DNA from: the human T2T-CHM13v2.0 reference genome, Homo sapiens
Strand: one strand, 5' to 3'
NCBI RefSeq assembly: GCF_009914755.1
Contig: NC_060925.1
DNA: 64,000 nucleotides
In this document: positions 13,901-29,000 of the stretch, piece by piece
Position numbering within the stretch: position 1 is the stretch's first letter
Layout: every line of letters begins with the position of its first letter
Translations under genes and position numbers: made by a program
Notes under the pieces: model-generated
Databases searched by the model: none
Seen by the model: the letters and a program-made list of their open reading frames with translations, nothing else
What the model was told of the DNA's origin: nothing

Positions 13901-16017
13901 ATCAACATCAAATGGAATCAAATGGAATCATTGAACGGAATTGAATGGAATCGTCATCGAATGAATTGAATGCAATCATCGAATGGTCTCGAATGGAATC
14001 ATCTTCAAATGGAATGGAATGGAATCATCGCATAAAATCGAATGGAATTATCATCGAATGGAATCGAATGGAATCAACATCAAACGGAAAAAAAAGGAAT
14101 TATCGAATGGAATCGAATAGAATCATCGAACGGACCCGAATGGAATCATCTAATGGAATGGAATGGAATAATCCATGGACTCGAATGCAATCATCATCGA
14201 ATGGAATCGAATGCAATCATCCAATGGACTCGAATGGAATAATCATTGAACGGAATCGAATGGAATCATCATCGGATGGAAATGAATGGAATCATCATCG
14301 AATGGAATCGAATAGAATTATGGAATGAAATCCAGTGTGATCATCATCGAATGGACCCGAATTGAATCATCATCCAACGGATTCTAATGGAATCAACATC
14401 GAATGAATCAAATGGAAACACCATCGAATTGAAACGAATGGAATTACAATGAAATTGAAATGGATGGACTCATCATCGAATGGATTCGAATGGAATCATC
14501 GAATAAAATTGATTGAAATCATCATCGAATGGAATCGAATGGTATCATTGAATGGAATCGAATGGAATCATCATCAGATGGAAATGAATGGAATCGTCAT
14601 AGAATGGAATCGAATGGATTCATTGAATGGAATCAGATGGAATCATCGAATGGACTGGAAAGGAATCATTGAATGGACTCGAAAGAGATCATTATTGAAT
14701 GGAATTGAATGGAATCATCGAATGGTCTCGATTGGAATCATTATCAAATGGAATCGAATGGAATCACCGAATAGAATCGAATGGAACAATCATCGAAAGG
14801 ACTCAAATGGAATTATCCTCAAATAGAATCGAATGGAATTATCGAATGCAATCGAATGGAATTAACGAATGCAATCGAATAGAATCATCGAATGGACTCG
14901 AATGGAATCATCGAATGGAATGGAATGGAACAGTCAATAAACTCGAATGGAATCATCATTGAATGGAATCGAATGGAATCATCGAGTGGAATCGAATGGA
15001 ATTATGATCAAATGGAATCGAATGTAATCATCATCAAATGGAATCAAAAATAACCATCATCAATTGGTATTGAATGGAATTGTCATCAAATGGAATTCAA
15101 AGGAATCATCATCAAATGGAAACGAATGGAATCCTCATTGAATGGAAATGAAAGGGGTCATCATCTAATGGAATCGCATGGAATCATCATCAAATGGAAT
15201 CGAATGGAATCATCATCAAATGGAATCTAATGGAATCATTGCAAGAATTGAATGGAATCATCATCGAATGAATTGAATGCAATCATCGAATGGTCTCGAA
15301 TGGAACCATCTTCTAATGGAAAGGAATGGAATCATCGCATAGAATCGAATGGAATTGTCATCGAATGGAATCGAATGGTATCAACACCAAACGGAAAAAA
15401 ACGGAATTATCGAATGGAATCGAAGAGAATCTTCGAACGGACCCGAATGGAATCATCTAATGGAATGGAATGGAATAATCCATGGACTCGAATGCAATCA
15501 TCATCGAATGGAATCGAATGGAATCATCGAATGGACTCGAATGGAATAATCATTGAACGGAATCGAATGGAATCATCATCGGATGGAAACGAATGGAATC
15601 ATCATCGAATGGAAATGAAAGGAGTCATCATCTAATGGAATTGCATGGAATCATCATCAAATGGAATCGAATGGAATCAACATCAAATGCAATCAAATGG
15701 AATCATTGAACGGAATTGAATGGAATCGTCATCGAATGAATTGAATGCAATCATCGAATGGTCTCGAATGGAATCATCTTCAAATGGAATGGAATGGAAT
15801 CATCGCATAGAATCGAATGGAATTATCATCGAATGGAATCGAATGGAATCAACATCAAATGGAAACAAAAGGAATTATTGAAAGGAATTAAATGGAATCG
15901 TCAACGAATGAATTGAATGCAATCATCGAACGGTCTCGAATGGAATCATCTTCAAATGGAATGGAATGGAATCATCGCATAGAATCGAATGGAATTATCA
16001 TCGAATGGAATCGAATG
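10928..16017 (+). repeat. Recent 2538-bp tandem duplication (about 10928-13479 and about 13466-16017)
   Basis: Identical translated variants at offset 2538: 10988/13526, 11407/13945, 11911/14449, 12161/14699 and 12714/15252. Private motifs gactggtaggcaaac, cggattctaat and ttgcaagaat are shared. Confidence 0.92.
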
Positions 16018-18902
16018 AAATCAACATCAAACGGAAAAAAACGGAATTATCGAATGGAATCGAAAAGAATCATCGAATGGTCCCGAATGGAATCATCTAA
16101 TGGAATGGAATGGAATAATCCATGGACTCGAATGCAATCATCATCGAATGGAATCGAATGGAATCATCTAATGGACTCGAATGGAATAATCATTGAACGG
16201 AATCGAATGGAATCATCATCGGATGGAAATGAATGGAATCATCATCGAATGGAATCGAATAGAATTATGGAATGAAATCCAGTGTGATCATCATCGAATG
16301 GACCCGAATGGAATCATCATCCAACGGCAGCTAATGGAATCAACATCGAATGAATCGAATGGAAACACCATCGAATTGAAACGAATGGAATTATCATGAA
16401 ATTGAAATGGATGGACTCATCATCGAATGGATTCGAATGGAATCATCGAATAAAATTGATTGAAATCATCATCCAATGGAATCGAATGGTATCATTGAAT
16501 GGAATCGAATGGAATCATCATCAGATGGAAATGAATGGAATCGTCATAGAATGGAATCGAATGGATTCATTGAATGGAATCAGATGGAATCATCGAATGG
16601 ACTGGAATGGAATCATTGAATGGACTCGAAAGGGATCATTATTGAATGGAATTGAATGGAATCATCGAATGGTCTCGATTGGAATCATTATCAAATGGAA
16701 TCGAATGGAATCATCGAATAGAATCGAATGGAACAATCATCGAATGGACTCAAATGGAATTATCCTCAAATGGAATGGAATGGAATTATCGACTGCAATC
16801 GAATGGAATTATCGAATGCAATCGAATAGAATCATCGAATGGACTCGAATGGAATCATCGAATGGAATGGAATGGAACAGTCAATGAACTCGAATGGAAT
16901 CATCATTGAATGGAATCGAATCGAATCATCGAGTGGAATCGAATGGAATTATGATCAAATGGAATCGCATGGAATCATCATCAAATGGAATCGAAAGGAA
17001 TCATCATCAAATGGAATCTGATGGAATCATTGAACAGAATTGAATGGAATCGTCATCGAATGAATTGAATGCACTCATCGAATGGTCTCGAATGGAATCA
17101 TCTTCTAATGGAAAGGAATGGAATCATCGCATAAAATCGAATGGAATTAACATTGAATGGACTCGAATGGAATCAACATCAAACGGAATCAAGCCGAATT
17201 ATCGAATGGAATCGAAGAGAATCATAGAATGGACTCGAATGGAATCATCTAATGGAATGGAATGGAATAATCCACGGACCCGAATGCAATCATCATCGAA
17301 TGGAATCGAATGGAATCATCGAATGGACTCGAATGGAATAAACATTGAACGGAATCGAATGGAATCATCATCGGATGGAAACGAATGGAATCATCATCGA
17401 ATGGAAATGAAAGGAATCATCATCTAATGGAATTGCATGGAATCATCATCAAATGGAATCGAATGGAATCAACATCAAATGGAATCAAATGGAATCATTG
17501 AACGGAATTGAATGGAATCGTCATCGAATGAATTGAATGCAATCATCGAATGGTCTCGAATGGAATCAACTTCAAATGGAATGGAAAGCAATCATCGCAT
17601 AGAATCGAATGGAATTATCATAGAATGGAATCGAATCGTATCAACATCAAACGGAAAAAAACGGAATTATCGAATGGAATCGAAGAGAATCTTCGAACGG
17701 ACCCGAATGGAATCATCTAATGGAATGGAATGGAACAATCCATGGACTGGTAGGCAAACATCATTGAACGGAATCGAATGGAATCATCTTCGGATGGACA
17801 TGACTGGAATCATCATCGAATGGAAATGAAAGGAGTCATCATCTAATGGAATTGCATGGAATCATCATAAAATGGAATCAAATGGAATCAACATCAAATG
17901 GAATCAAATGGAATCATTGAACGGAATTGAATGGAATCGTCATCGAATGAATTGAATGCAATCATCGAATGGTCTCGAATGGAATCATCTTCTAATGGAA
18001 AGGAATGGAATCATCTCATAGAATCGAATGGAATTAACATTGAATGGACTCGAATGGAATCAACATCAAATGCAATCAAGCGGAATTGTCGAATGAAATC
18101 GAAGAGAATCATCGAATGGACTCGAATGGAATCATCTAATGGAATGGAATGGAATAATCCACGGACTCGAATGCAATCATCATCGTATAGAATCGAATGG
18201 TATCATCGAAAGGACTCGAATGGAATAACCATTGAACGGAATCGAATGGAATCATCATCGGATGGAAACGAATGGAATCATCATCGAATGGAAATGAAAG
18301 GAGTCATCATCTAATGGAATTGCATGGAATCATCATCAAATGGAATCGAATGGAATCATCATCAAATGGAATCAAATGGAATCATTGAACGGAATTGAAT
18401 GGAATCGTCATCGAATGAATTGAATGCAATCATCGAATGGTCTCGAATGGAATCATCTTCAAATGGAATGGAATGGAATCATCGCATAGAATCGAATGGA
18501 ATTATCATCGAATGGAATCGAATGGTATCAACATCAAACGGAAAAAAACGGAATTATCGAATGGAATCGAAGAGAATCTTCGAACGGACCCGAATGGAAT
18601 CATCTAATGGAATGGAATGGAATAATCCATGGACTCGAATGCAATCATCATCGAATGGAATCGAATGGAATCATCGAATGGACTCGAATGGAATAATCAT
18701 TGAACGGAATCGAATGGAATCATCATCGGATGGAAATGAATGGAATCATCATCGAATGGAATCGAATAGAATTATGGAATGAAATCCAGTGTGATCATCA
18801 TCGAATGGACCCGAATGGAATCATCATCCAACGGAAGCTAATGGAATCAACATCGAATGAATCGAAAGGAAACACCATCGAATTGAAACGAATGGAATTA
18901 TC

Positions 18903-21900
18903 ATGAAATTGAAATGGATGGACTCATCATCAAATGGATTCGAATGGAATCATCGAATAAAATTGATTGAAATCATCATCGAATGGAATCGAATGGTATC
19001 ATTGAATGGAATCGAATGGAATCATCATCTGATGGAAATGAATGGAATCGTCATAGAATGGAATCGAATGGATTCATTGAATGGAATCAGATGGAATCAT
19101 CGAATGGACTGGAATGGAATCATTGAATGGACTCGAAAGGGATCATTATTGAATGGAATTGAATGGAATCATCGAATGGTCTCGATTGGAATCATTATCA
19201 AATGGAATCGAATGGAATCACCGAATAGAATCGAATGGAACAATCATCGAATGGACTCAAATGGAATTATCCTCAAATGGAATCGAATTTAATTATCGAA
19301 TGCAATCGAATGGAATTATCGAATGCAATCGAATAGAATCATCGAATGGACTCGAATGGAATCATCGAATGGAATGGAATGGAACAGTCAATGAACTCGA
19401 ATGGAATCATCATTGAATGGAATCGAATGGAATCATCGAGTGGAATCGAATGGAATTATGATCAAATGGAATCGAATGTAATCATCATCAAATGGAATCA
19501 AAAATAACCATCATCAATTGGTATTGAATGGAATTCTCATCAAATGGAATTCAAAGGAATCATCATCAAATGGAACCGAATGGAATCCTCATTGAATGGA
19601 AATGAAAGGGGTCATCATCTAATGGAATCGCATGGAATCATCATCAAATGGAATCGAATGGAATCATCATCAAATGGAATCTAATGGAATCATTGAAAAG
19701 AATTGAATGGAATCATCATCGAATGAATTGAATGCAATCATCGAATGGTCTCGAATGGAATCATCTTCTAATGGAAAGGAATGGAATCATCGCATAGAAT
19801 CGAATGGAATTATCATCGAATGGAATCGAATGGTATCAACACCAAACGGAAAAAAACGGAATTATCGAATGGAATCGAAGAGAATCTTCGAACGGACCCG
19901 AATGGAATCATCTAATGGAATGGAATGGAATAATCCACGGACTCGAATGCAATCATCATCGTATAGAATCGAATGGAATCATCGAAAGGACTCGAATGGA
20001 ATAACCATTGAACGGAATCGAATGGAATCATCATCGGATGGAAACGAATGGAATCATCATCGAATGGAAATGAAAGGAGTCATCATCTAATGGAATTGCA
20101 TGGAATCATCATAAAATGGAATCGAATGGAATCATCATCAAATGGAATCAAATGGAATCATTGAACGGAATTGAATGGAATCGTCATCGAATGAATTGAA
20201 TGCAATCATCGAATGGTCTCGAATGGAATCATCTTCAAATGGAATGGAATGGAATCATCGCATAGAATCGAATGGAATTATCATCGAATGGAATCGAATG
20301 GTATCAACATCAAACGGAAAAAAACGGAATTATCGAATGGAATCGAAGAGAATCTTCGAACGGACCCGAATGGAATCATCTAATGGAATGGAATGGAATA
20401 ATCCATGGACTCGAATGCAATCATCATCGAATGGAATCGAATGGAATCATTGAAAGGACTCGAATGGAATAATCATTGAACGGAATCGAATGGAATCATC
20501 ATCGGATGGAAATGAATGGAATCATCATCGAATGGAATCGAATAGAATTATGGAATGAAATCCAGTGTGATCATCATCGAATGGACCCGAATGGAATCAT
20601 CATCCAACGGAAGCTAATGGAATCAACATCGAATGAATCGAAAGGAAACACCATCGAATTGAAACGAATGGAATTATCATGAAATTGAAATGGATGGACT
20701 CATCATCAAATGGATTCGAATGGAATCATCGAATAAAATTGATTGAAATCATCATCGAATGGAATCGAATGGTATCATTGAATGGAATCGAATGGAATCA
20801 TCATCTGATGGAAATGAATGGAATCGTCATAGAATGGAATCGAATGGATTCATTGAATGGAATCAGATGGAATCATCGAATGGACTGGAATGGAATCATT
20901 GAATGGACTCGAAAGGGATCATTATTGAATGGAATTGAATGGAATCATCGAATGGTCTCGATTGGAATCATTATCAAATGGAATTGAATGGAATCACCGA
21001 ATAGAATCGAATGGAACAATCATCGAATGGACTCAAATGGAATTATCCTCAAATGGAATCGAATGGAATTATCGAATGCAATCGAATGGAATTATCGAAT
21101 GCAATCGAATAGAATCATCGAATGGACTCGAATGGAATCATCGAATGGAATGGAATGGAACAGTCAATGAACTCGAATGGAATCATCATTGAATGGAATC
21201 GAATGGAATCATCGAGTGGAATCGAATGGAATTATGATCAAATGGAATCGAATGTAATCATCATCAAATGGAATCAAAAATAACCATCATCAATTGGTAT
21301 TGAATGGAATTCTCATCAAATGGAATTCAAAGGAATCATCATCAAATGGAACCGAATGGAATCCTCATTGAATGGAAATGAAAGGGGTCATCATCTAATG
21401 GAATCGCATGGAATCATCATCAAATGGAATCGAATGGAATCATCATCAAATGGAATCTAATGGAATCATTGAAAAGAATTGAATGGAATCATCATCGAAT
21501 GAATTGAATGCAATCATCGAATGGTCTCGAATGGAATCATCTTCTAATGGAAAGGAATGGAATCATCGCATAGAATCGAATGGAATTATCATCGAATGGA
21601 ATCGAATGGTATCAACACCAAACGGAAAAAAACGGAATTATCGAATGGAATCGAAGAGAATCTTCGAACGGACCCGAATGGAATCATCTAATGGAATGGA
21701 ATGGAATAATCCACGGACTCGAATGCAATCATCATCGTATAGAATCGAATGGAATCATCGAAAGGACTCGAATGGAATAACCATTGAACGGAATCGAATG
21801 GAATCATCATCGGATGGAAACGAATGGAATCATCATCGAATGGAAATGAAAGGAGTCATCATCTAATGGAATTGCATGGAATCATCATAAAATGGAATCG

Positions 21901-24900
21901 AATGGAATCATCATCAAATGGAATCAAATGGAATCATTGAACGGAATTGAATGGAATCGTCATCGAATGAATTGAATGCAATCATCGAATGGTCTCGAAT
22001 GGAATCATCTTCAAATGGAATGGAATGGAATCATCGCATAGAATCGAATGGAATTATCATCGAATGGAATCGAATGGTATCAACATCAAACGGAAAAAAA
22101 CGGAATTATCGAATGGAATCGAAGAGAATCTTCGAACGGACCCGAATGGAATCATCTAATGGAATGGAATGGAATAATCCATGGACTCGAATGCAATCAT
22201 CATCGAATGGAATCGAATGGAATCATTGAAAGGACTCGAATGGAATAATCATTGAACGGAATCGAATGGAATCATCATCGGATGGAAATGAATGGAATCA
22301 TCATCGAATGGAATCGAATAGAATTATGGAATGAAATCCAGTGTGATCATCATCGAATGGACCCGAATGGAATCATCATCCAACGGAAGCTAATGGAATC
22401 AACATCGAATGAATCGAAAGGAAACACCATCGAATTGAAACGAATGGAATTATCATGAAATTGAAATGGATGGACTCATCATCAAATGGATTCGAATGGA
22501 ATCATCGAATAAAATTGATTGAAATCATCATCGAATGGAATCGAATGGTATCATTGAATGGAATCGAATGGAATCATCATCTGATGGAAATGAATGGAAT
22601 CGTCATAGAATGGAATCGAATGGATTCATTGAATGGAATCAGATGGAATCATCGAATGGACTGGAATGGAATCATTGAATGGACTCGAAAGGGATCATTA
22701 TTGAATGGAATTGAATGGAATCATCGAATGGTCTCGATTGGAATCATTATCAAATGGAATTGAATGGAATCACCGAATAGAATCGAATGGAACAATCATC
22801 GAATGGACTCAAATGGAATTATCCTCAAATGGAATCGAATGGAATTATCGAATGCAATCGAATGGAATTATCGAATGCAATCGAATAGAATCATGGAATG
22901 GACTCGAATGGAATCATCGAATGGAATGGAATGGAACAGTCAATGAACTCGAATGGAATCATCATTGAATGGAATCGAATGGAATCATCGAGTGGAATCG
23001 AATGGAATTATGATCAAATGGAATCGAATGTAATCATCATCAAATGGAATCAAAAATAACCATCATCAATTGGTATTGAATGGAATTCTCATCAAATGGA
23101 ATTCAAAGGAATCATCATCAAATGGAACCGAATGGAATCCTCATTGAATGGAAATGAAAGGGGTCATCATCTAATGGAATCGCATGGAATCATCATCAAA
23201 TGGAATCGAATGGAATCATCATCAAATGGAATCTAATGGAATCATTGAAAAGAATTGAATGGAATCATCATCGAATGAATTGAATGCAATCATCGAATGG
23301 TCTCGAATGGAATCATCTTCTAATGGAAAGGAATGGAATCATCGCATAGAATCGAATGGAATTATCATCGAATGGAATCGAATGGTATCAACACCAAACG
23401 GAAAAAAACGGAATTATCGAATGGAATCGAAGAGAATCTTCGAACGGACCCGAATGGAATCATCTAATGGAATGGAATGGAATAATCCACGGACTCGAAT
23501 GCAATCATCATCGTATAGAATCGAATGGAATCATCGAAAGGACTCGAATGGAATAACCATTGAACGGAATCGAATGGAATCATCATCGGATGGAAACGAA
23601 TGGAATCATCATCGAATGGAAATGAAAGGAGTCATCATCTAATGGAATTGCATGGAATCATCATAAAATGGAATCGAATGGAATCATCATCAAATGGAAT
23701 CAAATGGAATCATTGAACGGAATTGAATGGAATCGTCATCGAATGAATTGAATGCAATCATCGAATGGTCTCGAATGGAATCATCTTCAAATGGAATGGA
23801 ATGGAATCATCGCATAGAATCGAATGGAATTATCATCGAATGGAATCGAATGGTATCAACATCAAACGGAAAAAAACGGAATTATCGAATGGAATCGAAG
23901 AGAATCTTCGAACGGACCCGAATGGAATCATCTAATGGAATGGAATGGAATAATCCATGGACTCGAATGCAATCATCATCGAATGGAATCGAATGGAATC
24001 ATTGAAAGGACTCGAATGGAATAATCATTGAACGGAATCGAATGGAATCATCATCGGATGGAAATGAATGGAATCATCATCGAATGGAATCGAATAGAAT
24101 TATGGAATGAAATCCAGTGTGATCATCATCGAATGGACCCGAATGGAATCATCATCCAACGGAAGCTAATGGAATCAACATCGAATGAATCGAAAGGAAA
24201 CACCATCGAATTGAAACGAATGGAATTATCATGAAATTGAAATGGATGGACTCATCATCGAATGGATTCGAATGGAATCATCGAATAAAATTGATTGAAA
24301 TCATCATCGAATGGAATCGAATGGTATCATTGAATGGAATCGAATGGAATCATCATCTGATGGAAATGAATGGAATCGTCATAGAATGGAATCGAATGGA
24401 TTCATTGAATGGAATCAGATGGAATCATCGAATGGACTGGAATGGAATCATTGAATGGACTCGAAAGGGATCATTATTGAATGGAATTGAATGGAATCAT
24501 CGAATGGTCTCGATTGGAATCATTATCAAATGGAATTGAATGGAATCACCGAATAGAATCGAATGGAACAATCATCGAATGGACTCAAATGGAATTATCC
24601 TCAAATGGAATCGAATGGAATTATCGAATGCAATCGAATGGAATTATCGAATGCAATCGAATAGAATCATCGAATGGACTCGAATGGAATCATCGAATGG
24701 AATGGAATGGAACAGTCAATGAACTCGAATGGAATCATCATTGAATGGAATCGAATGGAATCATCGAGTGGAATCGAATGGAATTATGATCAAATGGAAT
24801 CGAATGTAATCATCATCAAATGGAATCAAAAATAACCATCATCAATTGGTATTGAATGGAATTCTCATCAAATGGAATTCAAAGGAATCATCATCAAATG

Positions 24901-26006
24901 GAACCGAATGGAATCCTCATTGAATGGAAATGAAAGGGGTCATCATCTAATGGAATCGCATGGAATCATCATCAAATGGAATCGAATGGAATCATCATCA
25001 AATGGAATCTAATGGAATCATTGAAAAGAATTGAATGGAATCATCATCGAATGAATTGAATGCAATCATCGAATGGTCTCGAATGGAATCATCTTCTAAT
25101 GGAAAGGAATGGAATCATCGCATAGAATCGAATGGAATTATCATCGAATGGAATCGAATGGTATCAACACCAAACGGAAAAAAACGGAATTATCGAATGG
25201 AATCGAAGAGAATCTTCGAACGGACCCGAATGGAATCATCTAATGGAATGGAATGGAATAATCCACGGACTCGAATGCAATCATCATCGTATAGAATCGA
25301 ATGGAATCATCGAAAGGACTCGAATGGAATAACCATTCAACGGAATCGAATGGAATCATCATCGGATGGAAACGAATGGAATCATCATCGAATGGAAATG
25401 AAAGGAGTCATCATCTAATGGAATTGCATGGAATCATCATAAAATGGAATCGAATGGAATCATCATCAAATGGAATCAAATGGAATCATTGAACGGAATT
25501 GAATGGAATCGTCATCGAATGAATTGAATGGAATCATCGAATGGTCTCGAATGGAATCATCTTCAAATGGAATGGAATGGAATCATCGCATAGAATCGAA
25601 TGGAATTATCATCGAATGGAATCGAATGGTATCAACATCAAACGGAAAAAAACGGAATTATCGAATGGAATCGAAGAGAATCTTCGAACGGACCCGAATG
25701 GAATCATCTAATGGAATGGAATGGAATAATCCATGGACTCGAATGCAATCATCATCGAATGGAATCGAATGGAATCATCGAATGGACTCGAATGGAATAA
25801 TCATTGAACGGAATCGAATGGAATCATCATCGGATGGAAATGAATGGAATCATCATCGAATGGAATCGAATAGAATTATGGAATGAAATCCAGTGTGATC
25901 ATCATCGAATGGACCCGAATGGAATCATCATCCAACGGCAGCTAATGGAATCAACATCGAATGAATCGAATGGAAACACCATCGAATTGAAACGAATGGA
26001 ATTATC
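18903..26006 (+). repeat. Homogenised run of four 1776-bp units
   Basis: Landmarks at 18903, 20679, 22455, 24231 and 26007. The four units share private alleles catctgatgg, cgaaaggaaac, ttgaaaagaa, atccacgg, tcgtatagaa and ataaccatt. Confidence 0.9.
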
Positions 26007-29000
26007 ATGAAATTGAAATGGATGGACTCATCATCGAATGGATTCGAATGGAATCATCGAATAAAATTGATTGAAATCATCATCCAATGGAATCGAATGG
26101 TATCATTGAATGGAATCGAATGGAATCATCATCAGATGGAAATGAATGGAATCGTCATAGAATGGAATCGAATGGATTCATTGAATGGAATCAGATGGAA
26201 TCATCGAATGGACTGGAATGGAATCATTGAATGGACTCGAAAGGGATCATTATTGAATGGAATTGAATGGAATCATCGAATGGTCTCGATTGGAATCATT
26301 ATCAAATGGAATCGAATGGAATCATCGAATAGAATCGAATGGAACAATCATCGAATGGACTCCAATGGAATTATCCTCAAATGGAATCGAATGGAAATAT
26401 CGAATGCAATCGAATGGAATTATCGAATGCAATCGAATAGAATCATCGAATGGACTCGAATGGAATCATCGAATGGAATGGAATGGAACAGTCAATGAAC
26501 TCGAATGGAATCATCATTGAATGGAATCGAATGGAATCATCGAGTGGAATCGAATGGAATTATGATCAAATGGAATCGAATGTAATCATCATCAAATGGA
26601 ATCAAAAATAACCATCATCAATTGGTATTGAATGGAATTGTCATCAAATGGAATTCAAAGGAATCATCATCAAATGGAACTGAATGGAATCCTCATTGAA
26701 TGGAAATGAAAGGGGTCATCATCTAATGGAATCGCATGGAATCATCATCAAATGGAATCGAATGGAATCATCATCAAATGGAATCTAATGGAATCATTGA
26801 AAGAATTGAATGGAATCATCATCGAATGAATTGAATGCAATCATCGAATGGTCTCGAATGGAATCATCTTCTAATGGAAAGGAATGGAATCATCGCATAG
26901 AATCGAATGGAATTATCATCGAATGGAATCGAATGGTATCAACACCAAACGGAAAAAAACGGAATTATGGAATGGAATCGAAGAGAATCTTCGAACGGAC
27001 CCGAATGGAATCATCTAATGGAATGGAATGGAATAATCCATGGACACGAATGCAATCATCATCGAATGGAATCGAATGGAATCATCGAATGGACTCGAAT
27101 GGAATAATCATTGAACGGAATCGAATGGAATCATCATCGCATGGAAACGAATGGAATCATCATCGAATGGAAATGAAAGGAGTCATCATCTAATGGAATT
27201 GCATGGAATCATCATCAAATGGAATCGAATGGAATCAACATCAAATGGAATCAAATGGAATCATTGAACGGAATTGAATGGAATCGTCATCGAATGAATT
27301 GAATGCAATCATCGAATGGTCTCGAATGGAATCATCTTCAAATGGAATGGAATGGAATCATCGCATAGAATCGAATGGAATTATCATCGAATGGAATCGA
27401 ATGGAATCAACATCAAACGGAAAAAAACGGAATTATCGAATGGAATCGAAGAGAATCATCGAATGGACCCGAATGGAATCATCTAATGGAATGGAATGGA
27501 ATAATCCATGGACTCGAATGCAATCATCATCGAATGGAATCGAATGGAATCATCGAATGGACTCGAATGGAATAATCATTGAACGGAATCGAATGGAAAC
27601 ATCATCGGATGGAAATGAATGGAATCATCATCGAATGGAATCGAATAGAATTATGGAATGAAATCCAGTGTGATCATCATCGAATGGACCCGAATGGAAT
27701 CATCATCCAACGGAAGCTAATGGAATCAACATCGAATGAATCAAATGGAAACACCATCGAATTGAAACGAATGGAATTACCATGAAATTCAAATGGATGG
27801 ACTCATCATCAAATGGATTCGAGTGGAATCATCAAATAAAATTGATTGAAATCATCATCGAATGGAATCGAATGGTATCATTGAATGGAATCGAATGGAA
27901 TCATCATCAGATGGAAATGAAAGGAATCGTCATAGAATGGAATCGAATGGATTCATTGAATGGAATCAGATGGAATCATCGAATGGACTGGAATGGAATC
28001 ATTGAATGGACTCGAAAGGGATCATTATTGAATGGAATTGAATGGAATCATCGAATGGTCTCGATTGGAATCATTATCAAATGGAATCGAATGGAATCAC
28101 CGAATAGAATCGAATGGAACAATCATCGAATGGACTCAAATGGAATTATCCTCAAATGGAATCGAATGGAATTATCGAATGCAATCGAATGGAATTATCG
28201 AATGCAATCGAATAGAATGAACGAATGGACTCGAATGGAATCATCGAATGGAATGGAATGGAACAGTCAATGAACTCGAATGGAATCATCATTGAATGGA
28301 ATCGAATGGAATCATCGAGTGGAATCTAAAGGAATTATGACCAAATGGAATCGAAAGTAATCATCATCAAATGGAATCAAAAATAACCATCATCAATTGG
28401 TATTGAATGGAATTGTCATCAAATGGAATTCAAAGGAATCATCATCAAATGGAACCGAATGGAATCCTCATTGAATGGAAATGAAAGGGGTCATCATCTA
28501 ATGGAATCGCATGGAATCATCATCAAATGGAATCGAATGGAATCATCATCAAATGGAATCTAATGGAATCATTGAAAAGAATTGAATGGAATAGTCATCG
28601 AATGAATTGAATGCAATCATCGAATGGTCTCGAATGGAATCATCTTCTAATGGAAAGGAATGGAATCATCGCATAGAATCGAATGGAATTATCATCGAAT
28701 GGAATCGAATGATATCAACGCCAAACGGAAAATAACGGAATTATCGAATGGAATCGAAGAGAATCTTCGAACGGACCCGAATGGAATCATCGAATGGAAT
28801 GGAATGGAATAATCCATGGACTCGAATGCAATCATCATCGAATGGAATCGAATGGAATCATCGAATGGACTCGAATGGAATAATCATTGAACGGACTCGA
28901 TTGGAATCATCATCGGATGGAAACGAATGGAATCATCATCGAATGGAAATGAAAGGAGTCATCATCTAATGGAATTGCATGGAATCATCATAAAATGGAA

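Larger units (their letters stand above)
7793..18902 (+). repeat. Rearranged domain with irregular units (1923, 2195, 2538, 1947, 2507 bp)
   Basis: Landmarks at 7793, 9716, 11911, 14449, 16396 and 18903. The spacings decompose as 1776+147, 1776+419, 1775+172+172+419, 1775+172 and 1776-156+419+468. Confidence 0.9.
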
